DNA from: Mobula hypostoma
Taxonomy: Eukaryota
DNA length: 64,000 bases
NCBI RefSeq assembly: GCF_963921235.1
Contig: NC_086108.1
Location: forward strand, 32,614,001-32,678,000
Direction of reading: 5' to 3'
Shown piece after piece: positions 59,668 through 64,000 of this stretch; position 1 is the stretch's first letter, and each line of letters begins with the position of its first letter. Under the pieces are notes generated by a model. The model was not told the origin of the DNA. It did no database searches and saw only the letters and a list, made by a program, of their open reading frames with translations. The position numbers were made by a program, and so were the translations under genes.

Positions 59668-62296
59668 CTTCACCTAACAAAGGAAACAGCCAGTAGCTTG
59701 ACTTAATTTTACAAAATAAGAATAGATCGGGACACCATATTTATCATGTTCCCCAAATATTTACAGCTATACTTTAGAGCGCAGCCACACTATAATTGGG
59801 GCAGCACGGTAGTGTAGTGGTTAGCACAATGCTTCACAGTACCGGTACCTGGGTTCAATTCCCACCGCTGCCCGTAAGGAGTTTGTATGTTCTCTTCGTG
59901 ACTATGTGGCTTTCCTCCTGCTGCTCAGTTTCCTCCAGGGGCGGTGCTGAGGTGATGCTAGCTGGGGCTATAGCCCCAGCAGAAATTGCAATAGCCCCAC
60001 CATAGCACCACCAAGAAATTAACTGCAGCTGCTTTGCTTTCTCTGTATAGTTTTGAATACAGCTTGTTTCCCCAGTTAATCTAGTGAAACAGCGCCCCCA
60101 ATTACAATAGCACCCATGCAACAATAAAGTTATAAACTCTGTCAGATCCACTCTACTCTTCTGCTTATTCGTTCGTTGTCAATGACTTGCCGTTGCTGTC
60201 CTCAGATCAGTTAAGCTGATCTAAGATCACTTAAGGTGGTGATGTCACTCACTCTCACTCACGTGAGAGATTGATAGTATATATCCAGGCGCAGATCCGT
60301 GGTCTTGCGAGACTAACGGATGCCACACACACACACATTGTGCTTTTACAAGCCAGCGTGGGCCTGGCACATGCATTATTTTGGCGGGCGTGAAAAATGG
60401 ATCGATTTTTAGTCAGAAAACGACTTCATCCAGAGGAATCAGTGGTGTCTCAGCCTGAGCACGTCTTAATTGAAAGTGACATGCAGAAAGAAGTAAGTGG
60501 GGATGAGGACGACAGCAGTTCATTGAAGGAGTGTGAAGGCGAAGTAGAGGAACAAGAAATGGAGCGGGATTCGGAGGAGAACATGAATGAAACTGCTCTT
60601 AGTGCGAGTGGGAATACTGTTAGCGATGTTAGCCAGCAGCCTGAGGAAGGACCCCGTCGGCCAGCATTGAAAAAGTACCCTTCGCAACAGTTTGGCAATC
60701 AGCAAAGGAGTATTCGTGGCTGGTTTGACTGACTGGAATACTCGATCACGAAAGATACTACGTTCTGCTTCGCATGCAGGCATCTCCTGTGTGGAGGACA
60801 TGGGTTCCATTCTGTGTTTACCTTCACTGTCAGCGGTTACCGCAACTGGCGGAAAGCTACAACAGCTTTCAAAACCCACCATGTAAGTGCAGCTCATAAG
60901 TTTGCGATGGAGGTATGGGCCGAATTCAGATTGAGAAAACAAGATGGTTCAAGATTGGGAAATATGCTTGACAAAGGACATGCAAAGATTGTCCAAGAAA
61001 ATTGTGAGTATATGAAAGCAGTGGTTGAGTCTCTACGCTATACCGCGTGCCAAGGCATTGCCCAGCGAGGACACCAGGAGAATGATGGATCTGGCAATAG
61101 GGGAAACTTTGTTGAGTTGCTCAGTGTAATTGGGAAGTTTGATAAGACTGTAGCTAAAAAAATAGAGGACAATCCTGGAAATGCAAAAAACACCCATCAC
61201 GATATCCAAAATGAAATTATGGGTATTATGGCAGATATGGTCAGACGTCAAATAAGTACAGAAATCAAGGAGGCTGGATATTTTGCCATCATGGTGGATG
61301 AAAGTAAAGACTTGAGTAAAAAAGAGCAAATATCAGTGCTGGTGCGGTATTTGAATAACGAAACAGTGCTTGAAGAATTCTTGCACTTCACTCCAGCAGA
61401 AGAGTTGGACGCAGAGTCGTTTCTTGAAAGCATTGAACAGACACTCGCCCAGTGTATTATTGATAAGAACGCGTGTATGGGTCAGTGTTATGACGGGGTG
61501 GCAGTGATGTCCGGGTGCAATAACGGGGTACAAGAGAGGTTCAGGAAGGAGGTCCCGGCAGGCATTATATATACACTGCCATGCTCACAGACTTAACCTT
61601 GTTTTAGTGGATGTTGTGAGCAATGTACCACAAGCGGGTGAGTTTTTTGAAACTGTGCAGCTGCTTTACAACTTCTTTTCAAACTCTGTTGCCCACGATC
61701 ACAACAACAGACGGTTTGTGCTTCTCTGAAAACATTAATGGTGAGTGCAGTTGATTTAAAAAAAATTTGGGCCAAGACTAATGCTGATTATTGTTATTAT
61801 TTTGTGGTGGATACCCCATAGTCCTTATGTTTCCTGCAAATCCTAAAATATTACATTTACTGCTATTAAGCCTACTGGTTTTGCTTAGACTTCCAAGTGG
61901 TGATTCTGCTGATTTTTGTTTAAATTCAATAGCTGAATTAATTGAGGTATTGCATTGTCAGAGTACGATTTGTCCAACTCCTGGTAAAGCCTTGCATCTG
62001 TTGTTTGACTTTAATAACCGTGTATCTTTTGGCATTACTGTCTATGCAATGCGAATAGCAGTGGGTTCGTGTTGTGTTTTTCAGTTGAAAAGCCTGCATT
62101 TGACGCTGATTGCGGGATTGGTGCATGATTCACGTTGTCCGCTGTTGCTCAGATGCTCTGTTTGTTTTTTTTGTTTATGCTCCATGTCACCCAGGTTGTC
62201 TCCGATGCCGTTGACACTGTAACAGTTCACTTCTATGTTAGATCTATCAATTGCTGTTGCTTGTGAATCAACAGAGGCATTTATAGTAGGCACATA

Positions 62297-62697
62297 ATGC
62301 TGCCCCACCACCGCCTCATACCCCATCCGTTATTTATTTATATACAAACATTCTTTCTCTCTGTCTCCTTTTTCTCCCTCTGTCCCTCTGACTATACCCC
62401 TTGCCCATCCTCTGGGTTTTTCCCCCCTCCCCCTTGTCTTTCTCCCTGGGCCTCCTGTCCCATGATCCTCTCATATCCCCTTTGCCTATCACCTGTCCAG
62501 CTCTTGTCTCCATCCCTCCCCCTCCTGTCTTCTCCTATCATTTTGGATCTCCCCCTCCCCCGCCCACTTTCAAATCTCTTACTAGCTCTTCTTTCAGTTA
62601 GTCCTGACGAAGGGTCTCGGCCCGAAACGTCGACTGTACCTCTTCCTAGAGATGCTGCCTGGTCTGCTGCGTTCACCAGCAACTTTTATGTGTGTTA
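62297..62697 (+). mobile_element. Penelope-like terminal fragment nested in the hAT element
   Basis: Pyrimidine-rich tract followed by the terminal repeat gatgctgcctggtctgctgcgttcaccagcaac. Confidence 0.8.
62600..62635 (+). ncRNA. Minimal type I hammerhead ribozyme motif, best-preserved copy
   Basis: AGTC-CTGACGA-A-GGGT(CTCG)GCCC-GAAACGT-C-GACT; predicted cleavage after C62631. Confidence 0.78.
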
Positions 62698-64000
62698 CAT
62701 AATGCTTGAAACTGACTTTTTAACGCCTCATGTCTGGCCTTGCGAATACATATTACAATACAGTGCATCCCTCAGCACCATCACTGAATCATTTTGCCCC
62801 TCCGTAGCACCAGCAAGAAAAAATCTCTGGCGCTGCCACTGGTTTCCTCCCACAGTCCAAAGATGTACTGGTTGGCAGGTTAATTGCTCAGTGTAAATTG
62901 TCCCGTGATTAAGCTAGGATTAAGTTGGGGGATTGCTGGGTAGTGCCGGTCAAAGCCTAATCTGTGCGGTATCTCAATAAATAAATATTACACAGCACAG
63001 CATGAACTCTTTTTAGGGTTGATGACAAATTCCAAGTGGTTACACCAAGCTAATGGAAATGTTGGGCTCTTTTTGGTTTTAATTTTTGTTGAGTATTGTC
63101 CATGGTTGTTAAATAATAATAATGGATAAAATGTGGGGGTTCCTGTTACTAGCTGGTACACATTCTGTGTGACAACACTCACTACCACCCAAACCCCATA
63201 TGGATCAAACTCTAGGTTAAGTCTGCACAATGGCATTAATTATTTCCAATCAGCATGTCTGTCAGAAATGTGTCTAATTATCACCTGTTTTTAAAATCAT
63301 CAGACAAGAAGTATGTCCTTCGGAAACACAAACCCCTCCAGGATGACAGCTCTGGAAATTGTGACCTAACCTTTGCTCTGACTGCGAGATCCAGCAGTTC
63401 ATGTTTACTAAGCCTCTAACCCTGGTCTTTCCCTATACCAGGAAAAAAAAAGCATTTATATTTGTTTTTCCTGTTCTTATTCTAAATGCCTGCTTAATTT
63501 GCTGTTTTAGACAATACACTGTGTTAGCCCTTCATGTGAAAATAAAATCCAGCCATCATCTTTATTTTTCATTGTTCTATTCATTAACAATACATGTGCA
63601 ATGTTACCTGTGAGATTCTATTTCCATAATGTTAAATCAGACTTTGTATCCAAGTTCCCTTGAAGATTGAGATTAACATAGAATTAGTGACAGTGGATGG
63701 CTGATGGTCAGTACAGAATCGATGGGCCAAAGGGCTTGTCTCTATGCCAACTTGGAGCAATGACATTCCTCAGTTATTTACTGGAACACTAACTGTCCAT
63801 TTCCCTCTCATAGATGCTGTTTGACGAGCTGAGATCTTCCAGTGTTTAATATATTGGTGCTCGAGTGTCATTGGGGTCATAAACTGGAAACACTATAATA
63901 TTCTAAGCAACAGCTGTTCATTCAGTCAAACAATACATATTCCAAAGTGAAGACATTAAAGCTATAATGTTACCTTTCTTTAGTAAAAGCAAATATCTAC

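Larger units (their letters stand above)
59936..62841 (+). mobile_element. hAT (Tip100/ZMYM1-like) DNA transposon, internally deleted; transposase pseudogene at about 60397-61700
   Basis: Perfect 8-bp TSD gtttcctc (59928-59935, 62842-62849); imperfect TIRs caggggcggtgct / tggcgctgccactg; TTF zinc finger LEYSITKDTTFCFACR, GNRGNFVELL, FAIMVDESKD..KEQ, GQCYDG and IHCHAHRLNL. Confidence 0.92.
59797..62987 (+). mobile_element. V-SINE (HE1-like) split by a hAT transposon
   Basis: tRNA-like head (gtagtgtagtggttagc..ggttcaattccc); V domain gtttcctc|ccacagtccaaagatgtac rejoins across the insert; (aata)n tail. Confidence 0.85.

Noticed and set aside
60814..61596. ZMYM1-like host gene
   Set aside because: It lies between TIRs and an 8-bp TSD, has stops and frameshifts, and lacks the C-terminal half; it is a hAT transposase pseudogene.
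1..64000. Prokaryotic systems (CRISPR arrays, retrons, operons, rRNA)
   Set aside because: The DNA is intron-containing vertebrate sequence, no regularly spaced repeat array or rRNA was seen, and the recognisable RTs belong to CR1/L2, Rex1, Penelope or Gypsy.

Overview
This is eukaryotic (vertebrate) genomic DNA, not prokaryotic. The repeat content (CR1, Rex1, Penelope, V-SINEs, Gypsy, hAT, Tc1/Tigger MITEs) suggests a cartilaginous fish, probably a ray; that is inference. One intact host gene can be rebuilt by hand on the minus strand: an FMO5-like flavin-containing monooxygenase with 8 coding exons (59667 down to 33471, 1593 nt, 530 aa). All its introns are GT-AG with consistent phases. Its NADPH-binding motif reads GIGSSG rather than the usual GxGNSG. 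The most unusual region is the 10.2 kb intron at 45799-55967, which holds a nest of retroelements. The outer decayed Gypsy element has most of its pol replaced by an intron-less RBM25 mRNA fragment. Inside it is a Penelope-end hairpin, and inside that a young 4.07 kb non-autonomous Gypsy element (paired LTRs, PBS, PPT, TSD). This inner element carries a captured sarcomeric myosin heavy chain rod fragment in an open 245-aa ORF. A solo LTR is also inserted in the outer element. Penelope ends across the window carry minimal hammerhead ribozyme motifs, and a 626-bp RTE-like element may carry an HDV-like ribozyme. All identifications come from reading motifs and recalling family consensus sequences; no database searches were run. 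Boundaries of decayed repeats are approximate.
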